Position numbers and translations under genes: made by a program. Source: Podospora anserina (lineage: Eukaryota). Taken from it: 64,000 bases of DNA. The notes below the pieces were generated by a model, which was not told the DNA's origin, did no database searches, and worked only from the letters and a program-made list of their open reading frames with translations. Shown piece by piece: positions 39,185 through 50,654 of the stretch (positions within the stretch are counted from its first letter, which is position 1; each line of letters starts with the position of its first letter). The DNA lies in assembly GCA_017654855.1 (NCBI GenBank), contig CM030335.1, forward strand, positions 1,302,001 to 1,366,000, written 5' to 3'.

Positions 39185-41010
39185 CTATAGCTCGTCCTTA
39201 ATCGGCACGCCGGGCTCCTGAACATCTTCACAGGCAGCTGGGGAGCCGACCTCCATCCTGTACACGCACTTCTCAGCCTCTACCGTGCGCCAGACCTCGT
39301 CTGTCTCAGCACAGCCAAGGTAAACGTCGGTTCTCCTGTTGGGCCCGTTCCAGCACCCCTGCCCATTCTCATACCGCAAAACCAACCTCTGACCCTTGCC
39401 CAGTCCCTTGCCGTCAAGTCTCTCTTCCTCATCCACAAACTCCTTGTCAATGCGCACAAAGTTGCCCATGTTGGTATTCCCATGACCCTTCTTACTCTTT
39501 TGGGTGGTCTTGTCGAACCAGCAGAGCTCATAGTCATATTCGCCAGCCTCACCGCTGATGCACTTGCCCTTCAGGGCACGGAAAACATCATCAGGGCCAT
39601 AGTCCTTTTCGAGCTCCCGCTGCTCCTCTTCCAGCTGGCCCAGCTTTACCGAATGTGCATTCGTGGCAGAATCGCGGGCCTCCCTTGCGGCTGTGACCAA
39701 ACGAGACTCTCCGCCACTGGTAGGGTTGTCAGCAAGGATGCCATTCTCGATCGCCCAAACCCGGAGGAGGTTGAGCTTCTGGTGAACATAGTCGCGGACT
39801 GGCACTGGAAGATAGGCCTCCCAGTTGTACACTACCGGTTGTTAGCTGAGCCTCCGTGTCTGAAAATTGGATGCAGGTTTGAACAACTTACCGACGTCAA
39901 CATCGCTCGCCTCGCCAGTCTCAAACTCGGCCCAATTGATTCCAGATGTTTCACTATCCTCTTTTAGCACCTCCATGATATCGGAGTCGGCGAGGTCTCC
40001 CTTGGGCTCGCTGGGCTGTCCTGCAGCGTAGTCCTCCCAGGCCTTGACCGCAGCCTTGACGCCCTCATCGTTGAAGTTGGGATTGTACTCCTCCTTGAGC
40101 TTGGTGAGGATGTCCTCCAGTTGGTCGACCTTGTCTTGAAGATCATCCCGCTGGTCCATGACCTTGTCCAACGTATTTCGCAACTCATTGACGCGGCTTT
40201 TGGCCAGACCAACGAGAACACCCAGCTTGCCGCCCTGGCCTTCACTCTTGACGACCTTTCCTCTTTCTGAGCGTTCCACCTCATCAAACTTGGCCTGCAT
40301 TTCTGCCTTCTTGGCGTCAAGGTCTCGCACCTCTGTCTTGAGGTTCGCAATCTTAACCTCCACCCGTCGGCGCAGCTCACGGGACTCCTTGACCAACGTG
40401 CGTCTCTTCTTCGCCGACCGCTCCTTGTTCTGTCTCCGTTGTTCCTCCAGACGTCGGTATTCTTTCCCAATAGCATCGCAACGGTTTTCACACTGGACAC
40501 CACCGGCATGAGTGTTCTCGTCGCTGCCATCGCAACATAGCTCGTAGTCGCAGACGCCATCGTTGACGTACATGAAGGCGAGGTAGCTTCCAACATGGCC
40601 GGCATTGACGCACCAGAAGCCGGGGAGGGCGGCGGTTGTGTTGGTGGTGCCGGTTACGGAGCCTGGAAGCGGCTGTTCTGGAGATAGGGGGTCAATATTG
40701 GCGCAGGCGGCGGTCCCAGGTTCGTCTGAGCCATCGGGGCAGTCGCACGAGTTGTCATTGACCTGGGACGCCTTGAGGGTGATGGAGGGAATGCCGATGC
40801 ATGTAAAGGTTGTTTTACTTTCGAAGAACTTGACAACTACGGCGGCACAAGACAGGTTGCTGTTAGCAGCAGCATCCCGACTGTGGCTAATGGAAGTGTC
40901 GACGAAGGGGACTTACACTCGGGTCCAACGCCCCGCGGCAAGCTCTCTGATGCAGCGAGACTGCCGTGAGCAATGGCGCCCAAAAGCGCCAATGCACCTG
41001 TCCTGCGCAT
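39185..41010 (-). CDS. GTB1: Glucosidase II beta subunit (PRKCSH family)
   Basis: Signal peptide from ATG 41010, Cys-rich DGVCDYELCCDGSDE, coiled coil, MRH domain (YENGQGCWNGPNR), C-terminal KDEL. Introns 40916-40837 and 39891-39832. Confidence 0.95.
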
Positions 41011-41485
41011 TGTTCGGGGCCTGAATTGGGTAACGGGTGATGGGGACTTGTTGCTACCTTTTTGCCCCAGGGGATGTTGAAATCTCAAAGCCTCACTAGG
41101 TTATCAAGACTGGACGGAGCTGTGTCATCAAACTTGCAGTTCCAGCCTCGGACACAGGACAGCTTGCCAACTTCCCGCCCAGCCCCAGTTCAAGTTGCAC
41201 TTGAGACACCTGGCAGCTGTCAGGGGAGGGGTGGCTGGTCACGTGAAAGGAGAACCTTGGGGGACAATTTGCCTGCCGGAACAGTGCTTATCTCCTAAAG
41301 GCCCAAAACGTGGGGTAACCCCACTAAAAAGAGAGATGGGCAAAAAACTCCAGCTCAAAGCTGCTGCCCCGCCATCTTCATCACGGACAACCCGCCGCTG
41401 ACATTCTAGCTTCAACCGAATTCGCAAGCAGCAGTCCCGTCTGTACATAGCTGTATTCTCTTGTAGCGGCATCACATTTAGCATC

Positions 41486-42652
41486 ATGCCGTCTTCCGGC
41501 GACGCTCTCGAAACACTCACCACCGTTGTGTCGGATGCGCTCACCCTCATCGGCCAACTTGAAGTAGTTGTTTCGGGTCTCAGCTCCCAGGAAATCAGTA
41601 CCACAGCCTCCCCAGGAGTTCAGCAGTCGCCAGAAGGTGGTTCCCTCGATGCACTTTCATTGGCACACGATTCGGCTACCCTCATCAGAGCACACGCCAC
41701 AAAGATCTCTCTTCTTATTATCAATGAGCCCTTCACGCCAACAGCCATCACCAAAGTTGTACGAGAGCTTATAGCTGGTCCCCTTCCTGGTTTGGCAGCT
41801 TCTGCCCAAGAATGCACAGCCAGACGGTATACACGGGCAATTCAGAAGGATCTGGCTTGGAAGGTGGCCCGCGTGCTCAAGGAGCTCCGTGACCTGCTAT
41901 CCCAGATTCCCAAGGACGGGAAAATCCTGAAAGATGGCAAAAAGAATGCAGCGGCTGGTGCAGCCGGCGGCAAGGGCAGCATTGCCGCTACTGGTCTGTT
42001 ATGGGCTGCGTGCGACGACCTGATGGCATTTTGCAAGCGGGGATTCGGCGGCAACTTGGTCTACAAGGTCGACCAGTTACGTGAGACGCTAAAGGATGTT
42101 ATGGAGGAGTTGAAAGAGTGGGGCGAGGAAACAGGAGATGACGGGGATGAAGATGATGACGACGAGGGCGACGATGGTGTTGCAGGGATCACCAACAACC
42201 TTGGGTCTGCTTCCCTCTCTGCGAATGCAAGCACCCAGGCCATGTTGGACGACCTGATGAACTCTCAAAGTTACATCCCACGAGACGACCCACACAAAAT
42301 CAGAGATCGTTTGGAATCATGTCTCAGGCGACTACGCCTGACCTCTTTACTTTACCAAGCTGCCGCTAAGCGCAGGCTCAAGCCATTGCCGCACACCCCT
42401 CCAACATCAGACTCCAATGTCCCTGCTCGCCTTGATGAAGTCTTGGCGCTTTTGAAGGGAATCCCAGAAAGATTTGGGAACCTTGCGATGGCTTTCTATG
42501 ACCTTGATCCTGACGAGATTGACCGTCTAATGGACCAATGCTTCTTTGATGCATTTGCTGCCTCGGAGCTGCTCGTCAAACCATGGGATGGCCAAAAGGA
42601 TGAATTCACCGACTGGGCCCTTAAATTTCAGGTAGAGATAAAAAAAAGCTAG
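41486..42652 (+). CDS. Grap2 and cyclin-D-interacting (GCIP/CCNDBP1)-like helical protein
   Basis: Intact 388-aa ORF, helical composition with a central acidic tract; LIRAHATKISLL motif recalled from this family. Confidence 0.65.
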   Translation: MPSSGDALETLTTVVSDALTLIGQLEVVVSGLSSQEISTTASPGVQQSPEGGSLDALSLAHDSATLIRAHATKISLLIINEPFTPTAITKVVRELIAGPLPGLAASAQECTARRYTRAIQKDLAWKVARVLKELRDLLSQIPKDGKILKDGKKNAAAGAAGGKGSIAATGLLWAACDDLMAFCKRGFGGNLVYKVDQLRETLKDVMEELKEWGEETGDDGDEDDDDEGDDGVAGITNNLGSASLSANASTQAMLDDLMNSQSYIPRDDPHKIRDRLESCLRRLRLTSLLYQAAAKRRLKPLPHTPPTSDSNVPARLDEVLALLKGIPERFGNLAMAFYDLDPDEIDRLMDQCFFDAFAASELLVKPWDGQKDEFTDWALKFQVEIKKS

Positions 42653-43567
42653 ATATTTTTGGCGATGAACCACAACAAGTTGCCATCCTGTGTCTCGCCT
42701 TTCTAATTTGAATGGTATCTCGCCATTGCCAGTCCTAAAGATTATGGTATTAATGTACCAGAACACCAATTGTTAATCGATATATTAATTTAAGAACCTA
42801 TCACATTACGCTATACCATTCAACTGCGTGAGTTGTATTTTGAATCAGTAGCAGACCTTCCATCACGAAGTCGAGGAGCTTTGGTACAGGCATTGTCTTT
42901 GGGTTCTCATCTTAGATATCTTATCTTCTACATAATTCAAGTTTCTAAGACAAGGGAAAATAAAGAAAATATATGCTAGAGGTGTTACTCTAAATTAGAG
43001 ACCTTAATTATCGTGCTTATCCCCCAGGATTATGTTGATCGATGTTTGTTGTGTGAACAATCAACCCCTGGGTCAGGGGCTAGTCTTGGCAGGGATAAAA
43101 AGACCCAAGGACTGCTTATACAAATGAAAGACATCCGCCACCAATTGCTTGCTGGCCATTATCATTCCCACCATGACAATTTTGTTGCAGCCTCCGCATG
43201 GCTGTTTGCACTTGTGGGTGAGCTGGCCTCCATGCCCTGGTGAAATTACGCTCCTTATATCACGAGCATGAAGATCACTAGATATTTGTTATATGTTGCA
43301 GCAGCAAACCTTTGCAGAAGTTTGAGTGGGTCTGAAGTGAAATCACCCCTGATATATTCCGAGAGTGTGTTATGAAAACACGAAGGTTGTCAAATCTGGA
43401 AGTTGTACTGCGATAGGTAGAACAGGCTGAAGTGTACCATGCAGTTCTTGTAAGGTATGCAGCAAGGCTCTGGGGAAAAGGATAGTTTATCTTGGGCGTC
43501 TGTCAAACTTGCTCCCCTGGCTTTGCTCGAAATAACTGGCTTAGTCGCTCAGCTGGATTGAGGGTCC

Positions 43568-43790
43568 ATGTGTTATTCACCTGAAGAAGCCCCTCGCCTG
43601 ATAGCCACATTGGAAGCTGCCAGACTCTGTGGTCGCGTATCATGTGTATGTCAATGCAAGACACCCCTCGCCTGATAGACGCATTTGAAGCTTTTGGACT
43701 CCGTAGTCGCGTACCGACAAGCTCTATACACCATAGCCGCGTATCAACAAGCCCTATACACCGTAGCCGCGTATCACCAAGCCCTATCCA
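43568..43790 (+). repeat. Imperfect ~74-bp duplication followed by three 30-bp tandem repeats
   Basis: CCCCTCGCCTGATAG...GAAGCT occurs twice (units start at 43568 and 43642). A unit like CCGTAGCCGCGTATCAACAAGCCCTATACA occurs three times at ~43701-43790. Confidence 0.8.
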
Positions 43791-45747
43791 CTCTCCCCAC
43801 GTCTCACTTCCGGGGACCACAGGAATAACGCTTCGTTATAGTCCTCTACACGACCAGCGAGAAAGAGTTTCATATTCTCAACTTGAGGCTTCGAATTCTA
43901 CCCCGAGACCGCCAGCTCTAGGGACCCTTCTTCGCATCTTCAGTTCCTCACAAGCTCTAACTCCATCTTCAAGTCTTCCTCTTCTTCTGATTTATTCCGG
44001 GTTCGATTCTCTGAGCTTCGATCGCCAGCTCATACACTCTCTGTCTGCCTTTAAACCCCTGAGCAGATACAGCCCCGAGGTCCGCGTACCAATCTTTCAT
44101 TCAACTTGGGCAGCTCGAGAATCAAGAACCACAACTGTCAGCTTTGATCACACCATCCTACAACTTCTGTTTCTCTTTTGAGTCTCTGAATTGATCCAAG
44201 CCAGTAGCTGATCGTTCACTTCCTCCTGAAGTTGTTCCGAATCGAATCAGACTTCACATCTTGACCACCAGTTCTCACAGCTGCTGCTCACCTTGCGATT
44301 TCACGGGCCTTTTGATTCTACAAGCAGATAAAGTTTCTACCCAGCCTTCAATACGATCCTGAGTTTGAATTACCCGAATCCAAGCACTCTGAAGAGCACG
44401 TTTCTCCAGCACCGGAAGCATTTCGACTCCGGTCTTGAGCAGTTGAACGACTAGGATCAAGAGAAGCCAACAGCAAGGACGAGAGGAGCAAGAACTTACG
44501 AGACAATCAAACCAAAGGTCTGAAGCTAAAGAGCCCAGTCCTCCACCCATCATCGACATCAGTTGGTGTGCTATTCCAACATCGATCTCAAGCAAGAACA
44601 CCCCCCCAAAGAGATCAGCCATCAACCAGGAATTGGGTAAGCTTGAGCGCCCAGCACTCCGCATTTCATCAACATTAGCCGGTGACAGCTGAGGCCAGTT
44701 CAATACTTGAAGTTCCTGTGCGTGCAGTGATTCGGATCTGATTTCATACACTTGTAAGCATCACAAGCAACTGGAGCTAACACGAAGTCCAACAACTTGA
44801 ACCAAAAGAATGACAAACCAAGGGACAGAGCGTGGCTAGAATCACGAACCAGAGCAGTTTGAGATGACAGATATGGGTCGAGACAGATCCGATACCTATG
44901 GGGGTATTGGAATGGCGATTGGCAGCCACACCAACCGCCCCGTCATCGGCAAGTTGATTGCTACAAGCTCAGACCAAATAAAACGAGGCAAGTTGTTAAC
45001 CAACTGAGAAGCTTCCCAAATCTCCAAGCGCGCGGCATCATCGCCTTCGATGGGAGGCACACCTGGGACTTGCCAAAGGCAACCAGGATGCTCTGGAGGG
45101 GCGCCATGCGCCAGAGCTGGGGACGGCTGGTTGGGTGTGGGATCGCGGCGTTGCTCCTCTTTGCCAATCTCTTCATGAGCGTTGGCTTAGCTCTCTGCCA
45201 AGCCAAGGGCAAGAAGGGGGTGGAAACTGGTGTGTAGATTTGGCTCTGGGGAAGTTTAAGAGTCTTCCTTCTTGTGCTGTTCGTTTTCGGGTTTCTCTGG
45301 TGGCGTGACGGCAAAGCCGTCAACAAGCTGGCAGAGAACGAAGCCTGGATCGGTGGGAAGGCGACGGGGGGCGTGAGTGCCAGTCAGGCTCTCACACTTT
45401 CCACGCCAGCCGAGACCTCTGCGGCTGCGGCGGAGGCAGAGCGGGGGAAGGGGGCGGCTGTCGGGGCTGGCAAGCGCGAGGGCGAGGGCAAGGGCAAGGG
45501 CAAGGGCAAAGGCAAGGAGGTGGTCAAGTCCTGTGTCGCGCCGGTCGCTTCTCGAATTTGACTCGCTTGAGCATGGGAAGCCCGTGGGAAGCTCTGGTGA
45601 GGGAACCAGAGGCTTGGGTTGTCGTTCTGACACTCAGCACAGCATCTGGTCCGAGATGGGTACAACAGCGCCACAGCCGTATAGCCCATTCGGAGTTCAC
45701 TACCAGGAGCCATCACGGCGCTGACCTGCCCTAGTGGGAAGGGGGAG

Positions 45748-45981
45748 AAGAAGGACAAGAAGAAGGACAAGAAGAAGGACAAGAAGAAGGACAAGAAGAA
45801 GGACAAGAAGAAGGACAAGAAGAAGGACAAGAAGAAGGACAAGAAGAAGGACAAGAAGAAGGACAAGAAGAAGGACAAGAAGAAGGACAAGAAGAAGGAC
45901 AAGAAGAAGGACAAGAAGAAGGACAAGAAGAAGGACAAGAAGAAGGACAAGAAGAAGGACAAGAAGAAGGACAAGAAGGAC
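45748..45981 (+). repeat. Perfect 12-bp minisatellite (AAGAAGAAGGAC), 18 full units plus two partial units
   Basis: Seen directly; reads (KKKD)n in frame +1. Confidence 0.98.
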
Positions 45982-46270
45982 GACGAGCTTGGGACAGGAG
46001 AAGCTCAGGATGAAGAAGGGGACACTGGGGCGTGGTGTCGAAACCTTCAACGCTGAGGCTGGCAGATGATTAGAATGGGACGGAAGATAACCCCCGGTGT
46101 TGAATTTGTGTTTGTTTACTTGGGATTGGATCATGAAAGGGGGTGATGTAACATAATGTAAAAGTAGCAGGCCAAAGCGCCTCGGTTGTTGATTTGTCTT
46201 GTCTTCCAATCCTGTGATTATTATGAACGCTTGCTATATATAGGCCATCCGAGATCTTCGAGTATAACTA

Positions 46271-47902
46271 TCAGATAGCTCGCGCCATCCGAGCTCTATT
46301 CTCTCTATACCTCTTCTCCTTCCCAGCTGTCTTCCTCCTCTTTTTCCAAGATCTGTTGAGGTCACCACGATTTTCCCAGAACCATTTTTGAAAATCGCTG
46401 GCAGGCTTGTCGCCTTCCGGTACACCCGACCGAGTAGTGGATGCACCGGGCTGCTCGTTGCCTTCACGGAGAGGTTCTTCATGACCACCATCGTCCTCCA
46501 TATCCTCATCATCATCATCCCATGGCTTAAACCGACCGCCTGTTGGGTGTGCCGTATCTGGAGTAGGCGCTGCGCTGCGGATGCCCCTAATCTCGAAGTC
46601 TTGGCGTGTAAAAGGAGTCATGGGGATCTGGAGCCCATCGGCAGCTGCACCAGCATCCTCATTGTCATTGTCCCCATCGCCACCGCCAAAGAAGCTGAAG
46701 CCCTTTGACTCAGTTCCTCCCTCGGCTGTCTCACCGTCGGTATGCTGAGAACGCTTGTACAATGCTTCCAGAGGGTGTATTGTCTTGGGCTCGCTCGGGG
46801 TAGCAGGAGGGATTTTGATAGCCAAGCTCTTGACCGAACTTGACGATTTAGGTCTAGAAAGCTCAGGGCTGAGTGTTGATGGTAAGGGTGAACTGTTGTG
46901 TTGTGGTGTTGGGCTAGGTTTTGGTTGCGCTTTGTGGTTGGGGGTTGATGCTGCTTTTGTGGGCGAAGAGGGGCTGTCAGACTCGCTGTCGCTGTCTGAC
47001 TCCTCACCACTGCTACTGTCGTTGCTGCTCGACTCGCTCTTACTCTCGCTCTGCTCCGCCTTCTTAGGAGCTGAGATCCTGAAAGTTGGAGGGGGCGGGG
47101 CCACGGTCACAGCCTCAACCACATTGCCGTCCTCGTCCACCCATCCCTTACCCTCGACAAACTCCAAAGGTGGTTTTGAAGGGCCGGATGACACTGTCAT
47201 CTTGAGAAAGGTCGGGAATTTCGTTGTATTTTCGAACTCGTGAACAACTACTTCGCGAAGTTTGCCCTTCTTCTTCCTCTTGGATCCGGTGTCGTCTTCA
47301 GCCGATGGTACGGCATTCGCAGGCAGGATCGTCTTGACCAGACATTCGGCATGATCCGTGTATTTTGATCGCTCCTGTTTCTTCTTTTTGTCCTTGCTGT
47401 CCTTCTTTGACCTCTTTTCCTTGGGCTCGTCGGCAGTGGTCCATCCCCTCTTGACCTTCCTGTCATTGTCGAAAACAATGCCGCTGATTTCGTCATTGTC
47501 GCGCTTTCTCTTTTTGGAATTGTATTTTGCTGGGTGCGCGTCGTCCTTGACCCTCTTGTCCTTCTGTTCTTTGGCCATTGCCTCGTCGCCGAGAGGTTCT
47601 GGGATCCTGGAGGGCTTTGCGCGCTCGATGCGAATCTTGACGCCCCGCAGAATCGAGCCGTTGAGTTTCTTCCTGAGTTTGTCGGCGTCTTCGCTTGGCA
47701 GCTCCAGATAACCGTACCGCTTGTCGGGAAAAGTGTCGAGGGTGTGGTAGGAGATGTTGCGTGCCTTTGGAAGGAGCGCTGACGAGAGGAATACTTTCAG
47801 CAGGTCGGCGTCCAGCGGCGTAACGTGTAACCGTACATAAGGTGGCGCCTGGTCGAGGGCTGGCTGAGTTGATGGTGTTTGTGAGCCACCGATTGCTGTC
47901 AT
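46271..47902 (-). CDS. Nucleolar RRM protein (Nop8/NOL8-like; SRP40-like composition)
   Basis: N-terminal RRM-like segment (YGYLEL..KKLNGSILRGVKIRIE), Lys-rich and Ser/acidic tracts, C-terminal FWENRGDLNRSWKKRR. 543 aa, no introns. Confidence 0.75.
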   Translation of the reverse strand: MTAIGGSQTPSTQPALDQAPPYVRLHVTPLDADLLKVFLSSALLPKARNISYHTLDTFPDKRYGYLELPSEDADKLRKKLNGSILRGVKIRIERAKPSRIPEPLGDEAMAKEQKDKRVKDDAHPAKYNSKKRKRDNDEISGIVFDNDRKVKRGWTTADEPKEKRSKKDSKDKKKKQERSKYTDHAECLVKTILPANAVPSAEDDTGSKRKKKGKLREVVVHEFENTTKFPTFLKMTVSSGPSKPPLEFVEGKGWVDEDGNVVEAVTVAPPPPTFRISAPKKAEQSESKSESSSNDSSSGEESDSDSESDSPSSPTKAASTPNHKAQPKPSPTPQHNSSPLPSTLSPELSRPKSSSSVKSLAIKIPPATPSEPKTIHPLEALYKRSQHTDGETAEGGTESKGFSFFGGGDGDNDNEDAGAAADGLQIPMTPFTRQDFEIRGIRSAAPTPDTAHPTGGRFKPWDDDDEDMEDDGGHEEPLREGNEQPGASTTRSGVPEGDKPASDFQKWFWENRGDLNRSWKKRRKTAGKEKRYRENRARMARAI

Positions 47903-48607
47903 GGCCGTCGGATGTCCAAAGCCCGAGTACTGGGAGGGGGGTCGTCGAACTATGGCGGTTGGGCAAAAAAAGGACGGGAATGCGCTCGGTTTGCGAATGC
48001 GCAGAGAGCAACCTCTCTCTCAATCTTTCTCTTGCCCAAAAATAATTCAATGGATCTGCAGCTCACCGCTTTGAGAGACCCACAGCTGCCAATCAGCTGT
48101 GGTGGCTTGGCACTGGCTCACACCAGCAATATCCTTTTTCAGACATCTCTCAGCGAGCCACAGCTTCCAAATAATACCCGTGTACCAGCTGCCCTTTCCA
48201 CCGGAGACAATGATGCGAGACCGTGATCTCCAAAAGGAGGAAGCACGAAGGTGACAATGAACGTCATGACACTCATGAAATCAAATACTAGGAAGGAGGG
48301 CAACGGGACCCAACATGTCTACTTTAAATATCCCTTTCCTCCAGGCTCCAAACTCCCACTCTTCTCTTCTCCCAAGCATACTTCCAAATTTTGGACCAGC
48401 TATTCTCAAACAACAAGATCAGTAATCCACACACACTCTTACGCTGACTTCTCGATTCGGCACCATCGCCCTCAACATCCTCACATTCTGCGTTCCTACA
48501 CTCATTCCCCTACCGCCCTCACAGTCTCTTGCCCTCGGCAGAAGGAGACCGTCTCGCCCCCAACCGTCGATTACTCAAGTCTTCACCGTCACCGGCCATC
48601 AAGTACC

Positions 48608-48967
48608 ATGGATCAGTCCTCCGCTGCTGCTTGCTCCAAGAGCCCCTCGGCCTGTTCCGATGGCGACAAGGTTAAGAAGGCCGACGATGCCTCTAGCTAC
48701 AGCTGCCCGTCCACTACCAATGCCCCTGTCAACACCGAATGTGATGTCTCGTCGCCCCCAGGCGTAAATCAAGACCGGACTCTCAGTGTTGCCACCGAAG
48801 ACTCTCGCCGTACCAGCACCGGCGATGTCGATGAGCAGACCAAACCTGCTTGCGAGAAGAAGGCTGCGTGTGATGCCGAGACTGCGTGCCAGAAGGAGAG
48901 TTCGCCCGATGATAAACCCGATGATAAACCCGATGATGGGCCCGATGATGTGCCCCATTGCCTTTGA
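48608..48967 (+). CDS. Small low-complexity hypothetical protein (119 aa)
   Basis: ACCATGG start context after a CT-rich leader, TATA-like TTTAAATA near 48323, fungal codon usage, PDDK repeats. Confidence 0.55.
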   Translation: MDQSSAAACSKSPSACSDGDKVKKADDASSYSCPSTTNAPVNTECDVSSPPGVNQDRTLSVATEDSRRTSTGDVDEQTKPACEKKAACDAETACQKESSPDDKPDDKPDDGPDDVPHCL

Positions 48968-49482
48968 GGAGCAATTTGAGCATTTTGCATTGGTAATTGG
49001 ACCGGTGGTTAAAGATTTTGTATCCTGAGGGGGAATCTGTGGTGGTGTGGTACGTCTTTAGAACGCTGATGACTAGGAGTAGCACCTGTTGGAGGCATTG
49101 ATGGTTATTGGCATTCTGGCCGCTAGAGTATTGTTAAACTAGATGAGCTCCGTCGTTAAAATTCTAAGTTTCAATATCGAAGGTCCCATGCCTGTCTTTT
49201 GACTCCCTATGTTGGTGAATACCTGTGAGTATAGAGAACGAAATCTGTAGCCAAAAAAGTATATTTGTCATGACACACGTGATTATTTATCATACAACAA
49301 CAGAAGACGAATGTTTTGTACATGCAGGAGAAGGGGGTGGAAACAATGCAAACCTCGAAAGGGAAAAAGACAGATTGACGAACCCTGTTCCGTTGCCCCT
49401 TTGCGCCGCCCAGTGTAACGCCCAGTTCCGACCTGCCAATCTCTGACCGGACGCTCTATCCAAGAGGAGTACGGCCAATGCA

Positions 49483-50654
49483 TTACGACCGCGCGTTCTT
49501 CTTTTCTTCCCTAACCTCGGACCCGGAGGCCTTCCACCAGACGTCACCGCCCCAACGCATGAGGCGCTCCACAGCTGCTGTTGGGGTTATGGCAGGCCGA
49601 ACGTCCAGATAGAAGACAGGCTCGCCTGTGGGCTCTGGTGGCCCCGAGTAGAAGTCAATGACATACCTGACCTCCTTCTGCTGCCCGTTCACATTGCGCG
49701 AAACGAACCAATCATGGCGATCAAAGGGAGGCTCGGTACTGGAAAAAGACGAAAGATGTTAGTGAACCTGCTATGACATTTCACAGACCGATCGAAGAGC
49801 GCAAAACGTACCCAAACTTGGAAGGATACACCCGTCCCAACATCTGCAGAATAGCCGCCTTGGGCGTCATCTCCTTGGGCCTCCCCTGGAACCTGATCAG
49901 GGTAGGTTGTTCCCGTCCGCCCTCCTGAGCCTCCAAGCGCCTCAGTTCGATGTCGGCGTTGTCCTCCCCACGCTTGCTGACCTCCCAACCGCGCAGCAAG
50001 CCCTTGCCGAACCGGCGCTCCCACTCCACAATCTCCCCCCACGCACCCTCGTTGAGAAAGTTGTGAACCGCAACCATGCTCTCGACGGCCGTCACGTCGG
50101 TGTCTGTGTAACCCTTGCGCAGCAAAGCATTGTACATCTGCTGGGGGGAAGGATACTCCCAGTTTCCGTCTCCAGTACCCTTGGGAATGGATGATTCGTC
50201 TCTGGATGTTGGAAGCGCATGAGTCTGGTTCGGGGCTCTCTCCTGTGAGATAGAATGGAACATGTAGTTTAGGGGATTCAATTTCGAGAGAAACGACTGT
50301 TGGTTATCGGCTGTGGGCTCAGGGGCGCTACCGTGAGGAACCGGGCATGACGATAACGCCGCATTTGCGGAAGGGTTACTGTGCGGGACGGGGCATCCAG
50401 AAGCGGGCGGCGCGGGAGCAGGAGCGGCGGCGGGGGTTGGAGCAGCGGAGGCGAAGGCATCAACGGTCTTCTTGTTGTGCATAGGGCATCCAGGCTCAAA
50501 ATGCTGTCAGATACGACCTGCGGTGCAGAACAGGGGGAAATGTAACCCGTGAGCTACTTACAGGAGGGGCAGCATCGCCGCCGCTCTGAGGATGGTTGAG
50601 AGGCTTCGAAACCGCCGGAGCGGCAGGCGTAGCATCGGCCCAAAACCAACCCAT
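49483..50654 (-). CDS. CYC3: Cytochrome c heme lyase (holocytochrome c synthase)
   Basis: MGWFWAD start, CPV/CPM heme motifs, [46 protein letters not shown]. Two introns. Confidence 0.96.

Larger units (their letters stand above)
43568..46056 (+). pseudogene. Degenerate or cryptic multi-exon locus with a two-transmembrane segment and a KKDK repeat
   Basis: Phase-compatible candidate introns 44637-44688 and 44718-44787. Frame +1 is open from 44863 to 45561 except for TAG at 45235-45237. Several TGA stops and apparent frameshifts occur elsewhere. Confidence 0.5.

Noticed and set aside
39185-39199. KDEL rather than HDEL retention signal on glucosidase II beta
   Set aside because: KDEL endings are common in filamentous ascomycete ER proteins.
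45748-45981. CRISPR-like array
   Set aside because: No spacers, eukaryotic context and no cas genes.
45384-46209. ORFs reading (SFFL)n, (VLLL)n and (RRTR)n
   Set aside because: Translations of the stop-free 12-bp minisatellite in alternative frames.
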